Virus record (IMG/VR): IMGVR_UViG_3300034062_006701 | Reading direction: 5' to 3' (one strand) | Source: a virus | Taxonomy: Duplodnaviria; Caudoviricetes | DNA length: 64,000 nt | Part shown: positions 35,701 to 45,264 of the stretch, piece after piece | How positions within the stretch are numbered: position 1 is the stretch's first letter | Layout of the letters: the number at the start of each line of letters is the position of its first letter | Notes under the pieces: model-generated | What the model was told of the DNA's origin: nothing | Database searches by the model: none | The model's input: only the letters and a program-made list of their open reading frames with translations | Position numbers and translations under genes: made by a program

Positions 35701-36372
35701 AATACTAACTTTATACGCGAATATGTGCAGGATGTCTACCCTGCAGCAAATTTAAATATTAACGCAATTACAAGAAACGTATATGATGATACTGATCTCT
35801 CTAATAACGAGATAGTGTTCAATCTTTCAGGGCTAGACCCTGGTTATCATCATTTTGCTGTACGGTTCGATGCATATCACGGGTTTATGTCGCTATTTGT
35901 GGATGGTCAAAAATCTGGTGATGTACAATTTGCGCCTAGAAAATATAAATTTAGTAATTTACTCTATCGACCGTTTCTTATCGGTACATCATGCTTTAAC
36001 AACTCCACACCTCTGTATCAGTATCTTAAGAAAGACTCTTATATTATAGATAATGTAAAAATCCGTAATCTTTATCTATACAGCATACCACTCAATGATT
36101 GTGATATTGTTATGCATGCACGTGAAAGTAGAGATATACAGGATATTCATTTTGATATTCCGTGTGGTAGACGTAATTACCTCGAAGAAATAGAGCGCTA
36201 TTTTAAAGCTACTATCCCGGGATCAAAATCTACGCAATATAATATTGTTTTACGTAATACTGGTATTACTAATGAAGAGTTAAGAAAAGCTCTCGAGGAA
36301 AGAATAGCTATAGTACTTGCTAACTCTGCTCCTGTCTATTCAAAACTAAATAAAATTAAGTGGGTGAATTAA
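32752..36372 (+). CDS. Large virion protein with LamG-like segments
   Basis: FTLSFDM; YHHFAVRFD..SLFVDG; TATAAATA promoter. Confidence 0.6.
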   Translation: MEVISLNSTNFIGLSTAYTPDKTVKFDQEVYYTEQGVSLPLAQVFTDINDSSTNNFSNLFLTQATALSSVAYIEDLDPILDDSFTTYLAVNAIGGINDNTRYLVVEEPVFTQSVASISMSGVRSKIDNRYFFDITFIDGRYCKVEHVVQNTVRYLTCDIDDQLFFSFNSNTDYLGELSPQIFVYTYDREGDFLVLSKTIKDVPYFLTYNSLSGNLEAVPPLTGSNTVPYAPNAIFACIPRSEIPNDTKLVDSWVSYQNDFKTNTQNINPLRSSKAVNTNLLINSEYSTVTGTELGVNALSLKNTNTPENLQSRNNPFQANKSLFLNESDVEQRVYKKLFTGSNQIFGDDNITLGYESYTTDILLPKDKVTYFHVPQILYPFKQINISESGLIEAGAIAGDHPVKSDKIFKKLADAKYTSPYGEVIDESNGTFLCSWLSGSSDIKTKPIWVDRYYNPSKVTFINALTTRSLNAISYDSVFQGLVKAAGNIPGTDDVFDTPSSLVFESGSYYAYHHYGPNDVVKFIQTFTPYLIDKGIERFYYTNQSSAVPDVRNGEYVFNGKTYGVSNPLSSIQISNQFTLSFDMFNSDWSKPLGYQIFGNFLDDGFGIFNQNIVTPTVLVNTVTGVSILNTDLREIKSINFTSTPRAFIRSNFGENYSVVFNDGLLRQYTCDDNPVNETFSPFLSSILDFTNDDTTAYILCSSAPAYTLLGVNLQSSAISALNPAQYTAYFAAGAGSVTTNFATTIERYNNTFFFTPGTVSRRISDKIYYLTQDKTKILEWSDIGSSTTVTTTAFSLTGTNSIADFNIDFDGNIWILQSKNVFYKYTQNREFLLSGTLTSNTSSLKTVQLTGNGSRTFKISNSGSIIPSDYIVTVDERSLRPIFDYTVTADSITFLSPTLSGNIYRVSRLVYEDTYANYRVNFIADFYNGDYKRHVLFTRVGYNALNTSSLSAQAYQFNLLEMNGTPVISAFVTAPSGNPGLTNTNFIREYVQDVYPAANLNINAITRNVYDDTDLSNNEIVFNLSGLDPGYHHFAVRFDAYHGFMSLFVDGQKSGDVQFAPRKYKFSNLLYRPFLIGTSCFNNSTPLYQYLKKDSYIIDNVKIRNLYLYSIPLNDCDIVMHARESRDIQDIHFDIPCGRRNYLEEIERYFKATIPGSKSTQYNIVLRNTGITNEELRKALEERIAIVLANSAPVYSKLNKIKWVN

Positions 36373-36378
36373 AAAACA

Positions 36379-37998
36379 ATGAATATTAATAATATCATAG
36401 AGAATAATGGCATTATCTTTGATCGGTATCTAGGAACACCCCTAGAGTTACCATATTCAAACTTTGATGAAATTAAAATAAAGCAAAACGACACTGTTAC
36501 GAATTTTAATATTAATAATATTATATCAAAGCTTTACGATAACTACCTTTACCTGTATAAGATGTCTCATATTGCGTCTAACCTCATGCCACTTACTTCT
36601 ATTGCGACTGCAGGTGTTTTTAATAATATATTCTCATATTATAGAAATCTCAGTACAAGTCAATTTACAAGTCTTACTAGTGGTAATATAACAAATCTCG
36701 ATAACTGCAATGCATTATCTGTTCAGTATAATGCTGATTTAGATCAGTATGCAATTTTTGCGTCCTCTGGACCGTCGCTAGTTGTGTTTAATAGCGATAC
36801 AACGTTTACTAGCATTGTAACCGCTCTTAGTACAAATACTATCTTTGATGGATCAACTATTAAATGGGGCAAGATACAGGACTTTGCATTTGGTGATAAC
36901 ACGTCACTTTATGTACTTGATTTAAGTGCTAACTCTGTCATAAAATATAATGCAGCAGGGTTTGTTACAGATGATAACATATTAGGTAACACGTTAACAT
37001 ACGAAACCCGTATTGGTGGGTATGGTGGGTTTGATGATACAACAAAGTTTAACAGCCCTGAGAGTATTACATATTATAACTCAGAACTATATGTTCTCGA
37101 TTCTGGTAATAGTTGTATTAAGAAATATGATAAAAATTTAAACTGGTTAACAACGTATCGACTATTTAGAGACTTCTTATCCGCGTATCCCATACAAATA
37201 AACCACGATAGTAGCGGGTCACCGTATGTTGTAACGAATGCTAATATTGTTTACAAGTATAATGGTGATTTTACAGATAAGACTGTAATAGATATTGATC
37301 TTTTAACAGGTGATAAGGGAGCAGTTAAGCGGATTGTGTTTTCTCCTTCAGACAGCAATGTATTTTATCTATATACGGATAAAAATGTATATAAGAGTTT
37401 ATTGAGCAATCCTGATGACATTGTTGGTAAATATCTATTCAATCTCTTCAAAGTTAATACAGATGAAACAATACGTACCGTTTCATCTATTGCTAAAAGT
37501 GATAGTACTGGCTCATACGACTATAATTTTATTTTTAGCTCAGCAAACAACGTAGGTAAGATATCTATTTACAAAGATAATATTAATATTGTTAGCTTGC
37601 TTACTGATAGAGAATTTGATGTGTATGATCTTAATGAAATAAAAATTAATTCAGAAGAATATATACAAAACTGGGTAATTAATAAAGCGATTTCAAAATT
37701 GCTTATTAATCATATGAGACTTAGAGATGAAATCGCTAGTAAATTTCTTTTTAAAAAAGATCCCGCTAGTGGTGACACTTTATTTGTCGGTGAAAGGTAT
37801 TTGCTTCCGGGTGAATTTAGTTCTATACGGTTTCAGCAAGATTTAACAAATTATATAGGCATGAACGAAATATTTCAAAACAATATCATTAATAGACCTT
37901 TTGAGATTATTCACAATATTCAAACAAATATACTATCAGTTATAGCTGCTGAAGTTGAAAATTTTTATGATAAAACTCGAATTATAAATTTGAGTTAA
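36379..37998 (+). CDS. NHL-like beta-propeller virion protein
   Basis: LYVLDLSANSVIKY; KFNSPESITYYNSELYVLDSGNSCIKKY. Confidence 0.65.
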   Translation: MNINNIIENNGIIFDRYLGTPLELPYSNFDEIKIKQNDTVTNFNINNIISKLYDNYLYLYKMSHIASNLMPLTSIATAGVFNNIFSYYRNLSTSQFTSLTSGNITNLDNCNALSVQYNADLDQYAIFASSGPSLVVFNSDTTFTSIVTALSTNTIFDGSTIKWGKIQDFAFGDNTSLYVLDLSANSVIKYNAAGFVTDDNILGNTLTYETRIGGYGGFDDTTKFNSPESITYYNSELYVLDSGNSCIKKYDKNLNWLTTYRLFRDFLSAYPIQINHDSSGSPYVVTNANIVYKYNGDFTDKTVIDIDLLTGDKGAVKRIVFSPSDSNVFYLYTDKNVYKSLLSNPDDIVGKYLFNLFKVNTDETIRTVSSIAKSDSTGSYDYNFIFSSANNVGKISIYKDNINIVSLLTDREFDVYDLNEIKINSEEYIQNWVINKAISKLLINHMRLRDEIASKFLFKKDPASGDTLFVGERYLLPGEFSSIRFQQDLTNYIGMNEIFQNNIINRPFEIIHNIQTNILSVIAAEVENFYDKTRIINLS

Positions 37999-38031
37999 TT
38001 GAATTCAACGCTTCGATATTAAATAATCATA

Positions 38032-39879
38032 ATGGCTAATACTATTCAAGTTACATCTGACACCGTTGTCAAGCTTCTAATACGACGCGGTACAGACTTT
38101 GACCGTAAGAATGTAGTTCTATCGCAAGGCGAGCTAGGTTTTACAACAGACACTGAGAGACTATTTGCTGGCAACGGTGTTACACTTGGAGGTGTTATTG
38201 TTGGTAACAAATCTACTGTTACAAATGCAGGTAAAGAGACTATATCCAACCCATTTCCCGGTGATTCGGTATTTGAAACTCAAAATACTGACGGTGCGCC
38301 TACCAATTTATTATATATACTAAATAAGGACAATCTCTGGGTAAATGCACACCCTGTTTACGGTTCACCGTTTAGTTATACAACGGGTGAATTGCTCTTT
38401 AATTCACAGTATCTAACACTCGATACGGCTAAATCTATTTTAAACTTAAATGTAGATCTCTATACTGCTAATTTAAGTAGTAATCAAACATTTGTTTACG
38501 AATTACCAAGAAGAGGTATTAATGCAACAAATAAAACCTACGTTGATACGCTAGTAAGTGTAGCTACAGCAGGTGATCAGCTATATACTAGGAATTACGT
38601 TGGTAATAACTACGTACCCCTCAGCGGGGAAGCAACTGTATTCGGTACAATTAGCAGTACTACAAATATAACTGTACCTACATTACCTGTTCATGATAAT
38701 GATCTGACAAACAAGGTGTACGTTGATACAGAAATAAGCACATCCTCAAACGCCGACAGAACATTTGTCGGTAATAGGTATCTTCCTCTATCAGGTGGTA
38801 CATTAACTAATTCTGTTACTGCTGTCGTTCAAAGAAACAACGCGGCAGCGCTTCATATTAGACAATTAGGAACCGCACCGGCTCTAAGAATTGATAATAC
38901 CAATACTCTTAACGCTAACCAGCCGGCATTTATAGTAGACAACTACGGTAGTTTAGGTATTGGTATGACACCTGTACCAGGCAGCTCAACAAGACTAACT
39001 GTCGTTGGTAATGTTAGCGCTACAGGTAATATCAATACAGACAGCAATCTCTATACAGGTGGCCGTGTTGGTGTTGGTACTCTTACACCGACACAACAGC
39101 TTGATGTCATCGGTTACATTAAATCTACAGGCGTTGAGTCAGGTATTCGTATCGGAACGTCAGACTCAGGTTCTACAGGTCAATTTTCTGTCGATGGACA
39201 GAATACATATCTTGATTATTCCGCAAGTTTATTAATACGCAATGGTAGTGATTTTTCAGAAAAAATCCGCGTAACCGGTGATGGTAAAATTGGTGTTGGT
39301 GGTATAGAGCCAGTGACTAATCTACAGATTAACGATCCTGCAGGAGCGAGAGTGCGAGTAAGCGGTGCGAATGGCTCAGCTTTTGAACTTAATGATGCAA
39401 ATACTCGAATTGGTATACCCGCTACAAATACACTAGCTCTTTATACATCTAACAATGAGCGCGCTAGAATTGATCTGAATGGTAATGTTGGTATAGGTAC
39501 ATCGTCACCGGCTGCAAAACTAGATGTTAATGGCAATACACGTATAACTGGTACCCTTACAACGACAGGTGATATTAATGCAGGTGGTGACGTTACGGCG
39601 TTTACAACATCTGATGAGCGTTTAAAGAATAATATTACCCCGATATCCAGTGCTTTAGAGAAAATAGATCGAATCACCGGTGTTGAATACGATTGGAATA
39701 CCGAATTACAGTCAAATCGCACTGGACACGATGTCGGTGTGCTTGCACAAGAAATAGAGGCGATTATCCCAGAAGCTGTTACAACACGTGAAGATGGCTA
39801 CAAAGCAGTAAATTACGAAAAAATCATACCTCTCTTAATTCAAGCTATTAAGGAATTAAAGGCTAATACTACAAAATAA
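38032..39879 (+). CDS. Tail fibre with an intramolecular chaperone (Peptidase S74) C-terminus
   Basis: IRRGT..VLSQGELGFTTDTERLF; GNVGIGT repeats; TSDERLKNNI..GVLAQEIE..VNYEKIIPLLIQAIKEL. Confidence 0.85.
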   Translation: MANTIQVTSDTVVKLLIRRGTDFDRKNVVLSQGELGFTTDTERLFAGNGVTLGGVIVGNKSTVTNAGKETISNPFPGDSVFETQNTDGAPTNLLYILNKDNLWVNAHPVYGSPFSYTTGELLFNSQYLTLDTAKSILNLNVDLYTANLSSNQTFVYELPRRGINATNKTYVDTLVSVATAGDQLYTRNYVGNNYVPLSGEATVFGTISSTTNITVPTLPVHDNDLTNKVYVDTEISTSSNADRTFVGNRYLPLSGGTLTNSVTAVVQRNNAAALHIRQLGTAPALRIDNTNTLNANQPAFIVDNYGSLGIGMTPVPGSSTRLTVVGNVSATGNINTDSNLYTGGRVGVGTLTPTQQLDVIGYIKSTGVESGIRIGTSDSGSTGQFSVDGQNTYLDYSASLLIRNGSDFSEKIRVTGDGKIGVGGIEPVTNLQINDPAGARVRVSGANGSAFELNDANTRIGIPATNTLALYTSNNERARIDLNGNVGIGTSSPAAKLDVNGNTRITGTLTTTGDINAGGDVTAFTTSDERLKNNITPISSALEKIDRITGVEYDWNTELQSNRTGHDVGVLAQEIEAIIPEAVTTREDGYKAVNYEKIIPLLIQAIKELKANTTK

Positions 39880-39897
39880 TTATAAATAATTAGGTAT

Positions 39898-41169
39898 ATG
39901 GCTAATAACTATGGACCTCTGCCAGTATCTGGACCGATTTCTCTCGAGGATATTGCCGATGTATTTTTCTTATATAAGGCATATCCGGATATTGTAAGGG
40001 GCCGGTTAGTCGATATGACTGACTATTACGGTGATAAGATCAAATATTATACACCGTTGCAGCCGCCTATCCCTGTAGAAGCCTCGAGAGAGCTAAGTAT
40101 ATCTGATTTTAAAGGAAAGCAATACGGTTTACTCGTTGATGTATTCATTAATGCGCCGATAAACAATTATAATTTATATGACTATGCGCAAGCGCGTGTA
40201 AATGTACTATACCCGGGATTTTTACTTTCTAATCCCACGATACCTTTTTTTATTACATTAACAAACAATAGTCGTGTTGGCTCTACAAGTGTGAGTCTAC
40301 CCGCTCTTAGCATAGGTACAAGTTCAAATAATGTAAATAGTCTCAATCAATATTCAACTGTATCCTTCGTTAATAATGGATCCGTAGTCGGGGCCCCGCA
40401 GCCAAATGGTGCGAGATCTCATACCTATGGACCTGGTGGCCATGGTCTGACTATACCTGTAGGCGTGGCAAGTGTTAATGTACGTGTTGTTGCAGGTGGT
40501 GGTGGTGGTGGTACTGGGCAGGAGGTGAATAATGGAGGTGCAGGCGGGGGCGGAGGTTCAGGTGGTACTAGGGCCGGTACAATTTCTGTTTCACCGGGTG
40601 GTGTAATGAGTATAAGTGTTGGTGGTGGTGGTCGCGGTGGTCAGTCCGGTGGTCGTGGCACGTCTGCGGGTGGTAATGGCGGCGGTGGTACTACAGTTTC
40701 ATATGGCGGTGCTTCTGTTTCGGCCGGAGGAGGAAGCGGAGGTGGCGGTGGCGGTCAAGGATCCGGTGGTAGCGGTGGTAGCGGTGGTTCTCCTAATGGT
40801 GCGCGAGGTGGTAATGGTCAAGGCGGTGGTAATGACCACGCAAGTGGGTCAGGCGGTGGAGGCGGAGGCTCTGTATATGGTGGTTACGGTACCGGTGGTG
40901 GTGGAGCGTCATTTTATGATCGATCAGGTTCGCTTGGCTGGTCAGGGAGCAACGGCGGAGGCGGTGTAGCTGTTCTTGATTATATTATTAACGTACCGGG
41001 CGGTCCTGCCGTTCAGCTCACACGACCAACAACAATTACTAATAACGGTCTTTTAGAGGGAGGCACAAGCAGTATAGGAAGCACTGGTGTCCCGGGTCCT
41101 TATATAATAGGATACAGTAACGTTCGTAATAAACCTGTGGGTGGGAGAGTTTTGGGGACTGTTCAATAG
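39898..41169 (+). CDS. Glycine-rich virion / fibre protein
   Basis: IPVGVASVNVRVVAGGGGGG..GGGGGSGG glycine-rich domain. Confidence 0.75.
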   Translation: MANNYGPLPVSGPISLEDIADVFFLYKAYPDIVRGRLVDMTDYYGDKIKYYTPLQPPIPVEASRELSISDFKGKQYGLLVDVFINAPINNYNLYDYAQARVNVLYPGFLLSNPTIPFFITLTNNSRVGSTSVSLPALSIGTSSNNVNSLNQYSTVSFVNNGSVVGAPQPNGARSHTYGPGGHGLTIPVGVASVNVRVVAGGGGGGTGQEVNNGGAGGGGGSGGTRAGTISVSPGGVMSISVGGGGRGGQSGGRGTSAGGNGGGGTTVSYGGASVSAGGGSGGGGGGQGSGGSGGSGGSPNGARGGNGQGGGNDHASGSGGGGGGSVYGGYGTGGGGASFYDRSGSLGWSGSNGGGGVAVLDYIINVPGGPAVQLTRPTTITNNGLLEGGTSSIGSTGVPGPYIIGYSNVRNKPVGGRVLGTVQ

Positions 41170-41210
41170 TACCGTTTGATGTTTTGAGTAAATTAAATAA
41201 ATATATTAAT

Positions 41211-41780
41211 ATGAAAAGATTAGCTTTAGTGTGTATGCTTTTAACAGGGTGTACCGTATACACCGAAAAACAAACAGAAGCAGTAAGTCAGTCTGTTTAT
41301 GCTACTAAAGATTCCATTGATTTAGCTAGAATTGATTTGGCTGAGAGTTATATCAGTGAAACTACAAAATTAATTAACCCTCCTAAGAAAAGAATTCAAA
41401 TTAGTGCTGTTTATCAAAAACCAATACAGGTTAATGACTCAAAACAGAGGATTGTAATTGTTCCAGAACAATATAAGAGTGATAAAGTTGTAGTAGTTAA
41501 CTCTACGGATTACGATAATCTTTTAAAGGATAAGGATATTGCTATTCAATTAAAGAAAGACAATGAGCTCTTAACAAAAGCTAGATCTGAATTTGATGCT
41601 GAACGTACAAAGCAACAAGAAATGAGAGACAGGATGGTAAAAGATCTTAACATTATGCAAAAGAAGTTAGTAGAGAAGGATTTAGCTATTCTTTGGCGAA
41701 ATATTATTATCGTAGCTCTTCTTGGCGTGATTGGTGGTTATGTCTACCTTAGAATGAATAGTGGGTTTAAACTTTTTTAA
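41211..41780 (+). CDS. Lipoprotein with a C-terminal TM helix; unimolecular-spanin-like
   Basis: MKRLALVCMLLTG-C lipobox, coiled coil, TM ILWRNIIIVALLGVIGGYVYL; first gene of the lysis cassette. Confidence 0.65.
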   Translation: MKRLALVCMLLTGCTVYTEKQTEAVSQSVYATKDSIDLARIDLAESYISETTKLINPPKKRIQISAVYQKPIQVNDSKQRIVIVPEQYKSDKVVVVNSTDYDNLLKDKDIAIQLKKDNELLTKARSEFDAERTKQQEMRDRMVKDLNIMQKKLVEKDLAILWRNIIIVALLGVIGGYVYLRMNSGFKLF

Positions 41781-41795
41781 AAGATAAATATCTAT

Positions 41796-42227
41796 ATGTG
41801 GCAGAATATTGTCAATATAGCTAAATCCACGACTGCATTCTTGCAGAATGGTGTTGCTCCACCCAATACACCTACTGTGTTAAAAACAAAGATGGAGAAT
41901 ACTAATCATCTTTCTTCGAAGAAATTCTTTATTATCTTCACATCAGTCTTAATGTTAGCTGCTCTATATTACTCTAGTGTTGCTATTCTTTTAGCTATAC
42001 AGATGCCAGAGCATGTAACAGCTTTTGTGACTCTTTTTTCTAAGACCATAGAGATATTTGCCATTATCATTGCCTCATATCTCGGTGTTCAAGCTGCTGT
42101 AGAGTTAAAATATAACAGTGCTTCAAACGCTGAAGTAAAGGGAGAAGTTATAGTAGAACAGAAGGAAGTAATTTTAACTCACAATACAAAAGAAGACGAT
42201 TATGATATTTCGGGGGTAATAATATGA
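41796..42227 (+). CDS. Holin-like membrane protein
   Basis: Two hydrophobic helices after SKKFF, acidic C-tail; ATGA overlap with the lysozyme. Confidence 0.6.
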   Translation: MWQNIVNIAKSTTAFLQNGVAPPNTPTVLKTKMENTNHLSSKKFFIIFTSVLMLAALYYSSVAILLAIQMPEHVTAFVTLFSKTIEIFAIIIASYLGVQAAVELKYNSASNAEVKGEVIVEQKEVILTHNTKEDDYDISGVII

Positions 42228-42835
42228 AAAAACCATCACCTAAAGCATTAGATTTAATTTTAAAATATGAAGTAGGCGGAGGTAAATCATACTATGATAA
42301 ATTTTTAGCTAAACCTACATGGCCAGGAGGGGCTAGTGGAATGACTCTTGGAATAGGAATCGATTGCGCGTACTACACACCTACTGAATTAGAAAAGATA
42401 TTTAATTTCCTGCCAAAGAAGCAATTAGATATTGTTAAAGGTGCATCTGGTAAGAAAGGACAGTCTGGTAAAGATTACACAAGTCAACATAAGAATAGTG
42501 GCATAGTAGTAGCTTGGGATCAAGCATTAGATATTTTCAATAATCTTATCTGGACAAAGTTTTCTAGACTTGCTGAAAGAGCGTTTCCTGGTTTAGATCA
42601 ACTCTGCGATGATGCTTATGGCGCTATTGTGTCTTTAGTGTTCAATAGAGGTTCTTCACTGACTGGAGACAGTCGTGTAGAGATGAGGAACATAAGAGAC
42701 TTGGTTCCGAAGAAGAACTATAAGGGGATTGCTAAGGAATTTCGTAAGATGAAAAGAATCTGGGAAGGTAAAGGCTTAGATGGTCTTCTTGAGCGAAGAG
42801 AGGCGGAAGCTAAATTAGTGGAAACATGCATGTAG
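42224..42835 (+). CDS. Endolysin, GH24 / pesticin-like lysozyme
   Basis: LILKYEVGG..WPGGASGMTLGIGID; AIVSLVFNRG; GLLERREAEAKL. Confidence 0.8.
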   Translation: MKKPSPKALDLILKYEVGGGKSYYDKFLAKPTWPGGASGMTLGIGIDCAYYTPTELEKIFNFLPKKQLDIVKGASGKKGQSGKDYTSQHKNSGIVVAWDQALDIFNNLIWTKFSRLAERAFPGLDQLCDDAYGAIVSLVFNRGSSLTGDSRVEMRNIRDLVPKKNYKGIAKEFRKMKRIWEGKGLDGLLERREAEAKLVETCM

Positions 42836-43035
42836 ACTATAATAGATTTTTTAATATTGAAGACAGTTGTCCTGACAATATACCGAATTGCGAGGCATTA
42901 CGTGAGCAGTATAAGCATGAACTCAGTGAAATATCTGTTCAGGGATGTACAAATTGTACTATGAGTAAATTGAAGGTTAAATATCTCGAGCTAATATGGC
43001 AGGCTTTTATGAATAACCACGGTCAAGGTAATTAG
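42826..43035 (+). CDS. Small Cys-containing hypothetical protein
   Basis: CPDNIPNC...GCTNC; overlaps the endolysin stop. Confidence 0.5.
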   Translation: MHVDYNRFFNIEDSCPDNIPNCEALREQYKHELSEISVQGCTNCTMSKLKVKYLELIWQAFMNNHGQGN

Positions 43036-43036
43036 T

Positions 43037-43507
43037 TTAACTTTTTTCGAAATGTTTATAATATCTATAATACTTCTTTAGATACGCGCGTGCAAACCTT
43101 CGTGCATCAACTTCGTATTCATTCCTAAAATATGCGTGCGAGTTTCGCTGTACATCTTCCTCATCGTACGTTAATTTCGTCCAACTAACCTTGTATATTT
43201 TGCTTTGCATCCAATGACGAAATTCATGTAGAAAATGATCAAAAATAGCGAGCTTCATTTGCTTATTTGATTTTGCATTATCATCGGGCTTGTCACATAG
43301 ACAAATTTTGTCGGTAGTGAATGTATACTCACTGGCATCAGCACCGTAGAGTACTTGAATGGTTAGTGTCTTTGTTCGTGTTAGAATTGTTGGTTCAATC
43401 TCACTATAGAGGAGAGTCAAAGCCGCTTCCATAGCCAAGCAATTAATCTTATGCTCTTCAAGCCATAAGAATGTTTTTTCTGTTGGTTTAAATTTAAACA
43501 ATAACAT
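43037..43507 (-). CDS. Zincin-like metallopeptidase
   Basis: FLHEFRHW (HExxH) plus NEYEVDA. Confidence 0.65.
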   Translation of the reverse strand: MLLFKFKPTEKTFLWLEEHKINCLAMEAALTLLYSEIEPTILTRTKTLTIQVLYGADASEYTFTTDKICLCDKPDDNAKSNKQMKLAIFDHFLHEFRHWMQSKIYKVSWTKLTYDEEDVQRNSHAYFRNEYEVDARRFARAYLKKYYRYYKHFEKS

Positions 43508-43547
43508 TTTGTTGAAATCTGGTTATATTAGTATAATATATACATAT

Positions 43548-43733
43548 ATGGGAAATACAAGTAGCGAGAATGAACTTATTGAGGTAGAGACAGAACTTAC
43601 AATATCGGATATAAAAACACTCGATGGTATTATTGATGCTTGTTTGGATGTTAAGCTTTTTAAAGACGAGAGTATACAAATAGTCAGAGATTTAAGTTCA
43701 AAAATTAAATCTCTTATTGTTTCTTTAGAATAA
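43548..43733 (+). CDS. Small acidic hypothetical protein
   Basis: ATG at 43548 after TTGTTG-17-TATAAT. Confidence 0.55.
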   Translation: MGNTSSENELIEVETELTISDIKTLDGIIDACLDVKLFKDESIQIVRDLSSKIKSLIVSLE

Positions 43734-43739
43734 TTTACT

Positions 43740-44423
43740 ATGCTTGTCTTTGATCCCATACAACACACGTATAAGAACGCATATACCGGTGACAAATATA
43801 CATCTGCGACAACTTTGCTGCATAAGTTCAAGAAACCGTTCGAGGCTGATCTTATTGCTGAAAGGGTAGCGAAGAAAGAAAAAACAACTGTTGAAGAAAT
43901 TAAGTTAAAGTGGAAGAAGAGTAACGATGAGAGTAAAGAGTATGGTACAGCAATACATGCTGCTATTGAACAATACAATAAATTAGGTACATACGATGTA
44001 TCATTTGTTGATGTGGTACAAGCCTATATAGATTTAAATATTATTAATAAAGGGGATGATCTTTTAATAGAGCATCAGGTATATAATCACGAGTATAAGG
44101 TTGCTGGTACAGCAGATATCATACGTGTAGAGGATAAAGGTGGTTTTAGTGTATTTGACATTAAGACAAATAAGAAATTTAATCTTTATAGCCAATACAA
44201 TGATTACCTCTTGACACCTCTCGAACACTTACCCGCCTGTGAGTACTCTATATACGGTTTACAACTCTCTCTCTATGCGTATATGTTTCAAAATATTACA
44301 GGTAGACGAGTTAATCAGCTCGGTGTAATGTATTATGATAGAAATACCTGTAAATTTACATATTATCCTATTAATTATATGAAGCATGAAATTGAAGCTA
44401 TGTTAAAGTGTTGCGGAAAATGA
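43740..44423 (+). CDS. PD-(D/E)XK exonuclease (Cas4 / RecB-like)
   Basis: GTAIHAAIE, VAGTADI, FDIKT, LQLSLYAY. Confidence 0.85.
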   Translation: MLVFDPIQHTYKNAYTGDKYTSATTLLHKFKKPFEADLIAERVAKKEKTTVEEIKLKWKKSNDESKEYGTAIHAAIEQYNKLGTYDVSFVDVVQAYIDLNIINKGDDLLIEHQVYNHEYKVAGTADIIRVEDKGGFSVFDIKTNKKFNLYSQYNDYLLTPLEHLPACEYSIYGLQLSLYAYMFQNITGRRVNQLGVMYYDRNTCKFTYYPINYMKHEIEAMLKCCGK

Positions 44424-44899
44424 AATTTATAGATCTTATATTACAAAACAGTCAAATAAAAGAGGCTAAGCTTTACGGTCCGGCTAAAAAAGCAGCAGAT
44501 CGACCAGAAACAGGTATAACTATACAGACCCCGTCTGCGTTTCATGTAATTAAGGATTGTGCTACAATAACTACCAAATATTTACCACACTTTGTATTTG
44601 GTCATTATGCAAATCCGTTTGAAGTATTAAAGGGTAAGTTTATAAAAAATGATATTATAGAGTTTGTAAATGAGGCAAACTCTGATATTGTTCTTTTTCA
44701 ACTACTGATACTCATATTAGATAAAATTAATAAAAACCCCTTGTTTAAACAACCAGTGAACGTTCCGACAGATGTACTTACAACTGCAGTTACCGCAGAT
44801 CCCTATGGTGATTATGAGTCCTATCTACCTATAGCTCAAGCTACTATACAGACTGATACTGTATCATTGCTATGCTCTGCTTTTAACGTGAAGGAATAA
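44420..44899 (+). CDS. Hypothetical protein
   Basis: ATGA-coupled to the nuclease. Confidence 0.65.
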   Translation: MKFIDLILQNSQIKEAKLYGPAKKAADRPETGITIQTPSAFHVIKDCATITTKYLPHFVFGHYANPFEVLKGKFIKNDIIEFVNEANSDIVLFQLLILILDKINKNPLFKQPVNVPTDVLTTAVTADPYGDYESYLPIAQATIQTDTVSLLCSAFNVKE

Positions 44900-44907
44900 A
44901 TAATATT

Positions 44908-45264
44908 GTGAGACTAATTACACCTCTTCTTGAAATACAGAATCAATTAAGAATTTTTCATTGGCAGACATCGAGCTATGCTCAGCATAAAGCGTTCGGG
45001 AAGGCATATGAAAGCTTAGATACTTTAATTGATGACTTTGTAGAGGTCTTTATTGGTAAATACGGTAAAACAAAGGCGAGTATAAAATATAGTATTGAAT
45101 TATCGAATTTTGATGATGGTTATCTTACGGTGATTGATTCATACATCTCATATTTGACCGCATTAACTAGTGAGCTAAAGGATATTGATACAGATTTGCT
45201 TAATATTCGTGACGAAATGCTTGCTACGTTAAATACGCTAAAATATCTGCTTACTCTTAATTAA
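44908..45264 (+). CDS. Ferritin / Dps-like four-helix protein (DUF5856-like)
   Basis: LRIFHWQTSSYAQHKAF..YE.L..LIDDFVEVFIGKYG..DLLNIRDEML..LN..KYLLTL. Confidence 0.8.
   Translation: MRLITPLLEIQNQLRIFHWQTSSYAQHKAFGKAYESLDTLIDDFVEVFIGKYGKTKASIKYSIELSNFDDGYLTVIDSYISYLTALTSELKDIDTDLLNIRDEMLATLNTLKYLLTLN

Noticed and set aside
40616-40969. 117-aa Val/Ala-rich alternative-frame ORF
   Set aside because: By-product of GGT/GGC glycine codon runs
29794-42835. Stop-codon reassignment as in some large phages
   Set aside because: TAG stops (31017, 32721, 41169, 42835) and TGA stops (ATGA overlaps) fall at gene boundaries, and long genes are uninterrupted in code 11
43740-44423. cas4 as evidence of a phage CRISPR system
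   Set aside because: Stand-alone PD-(D/E)XK nucleases are common in phages; no Fe-S Cys set, array or other cas genes
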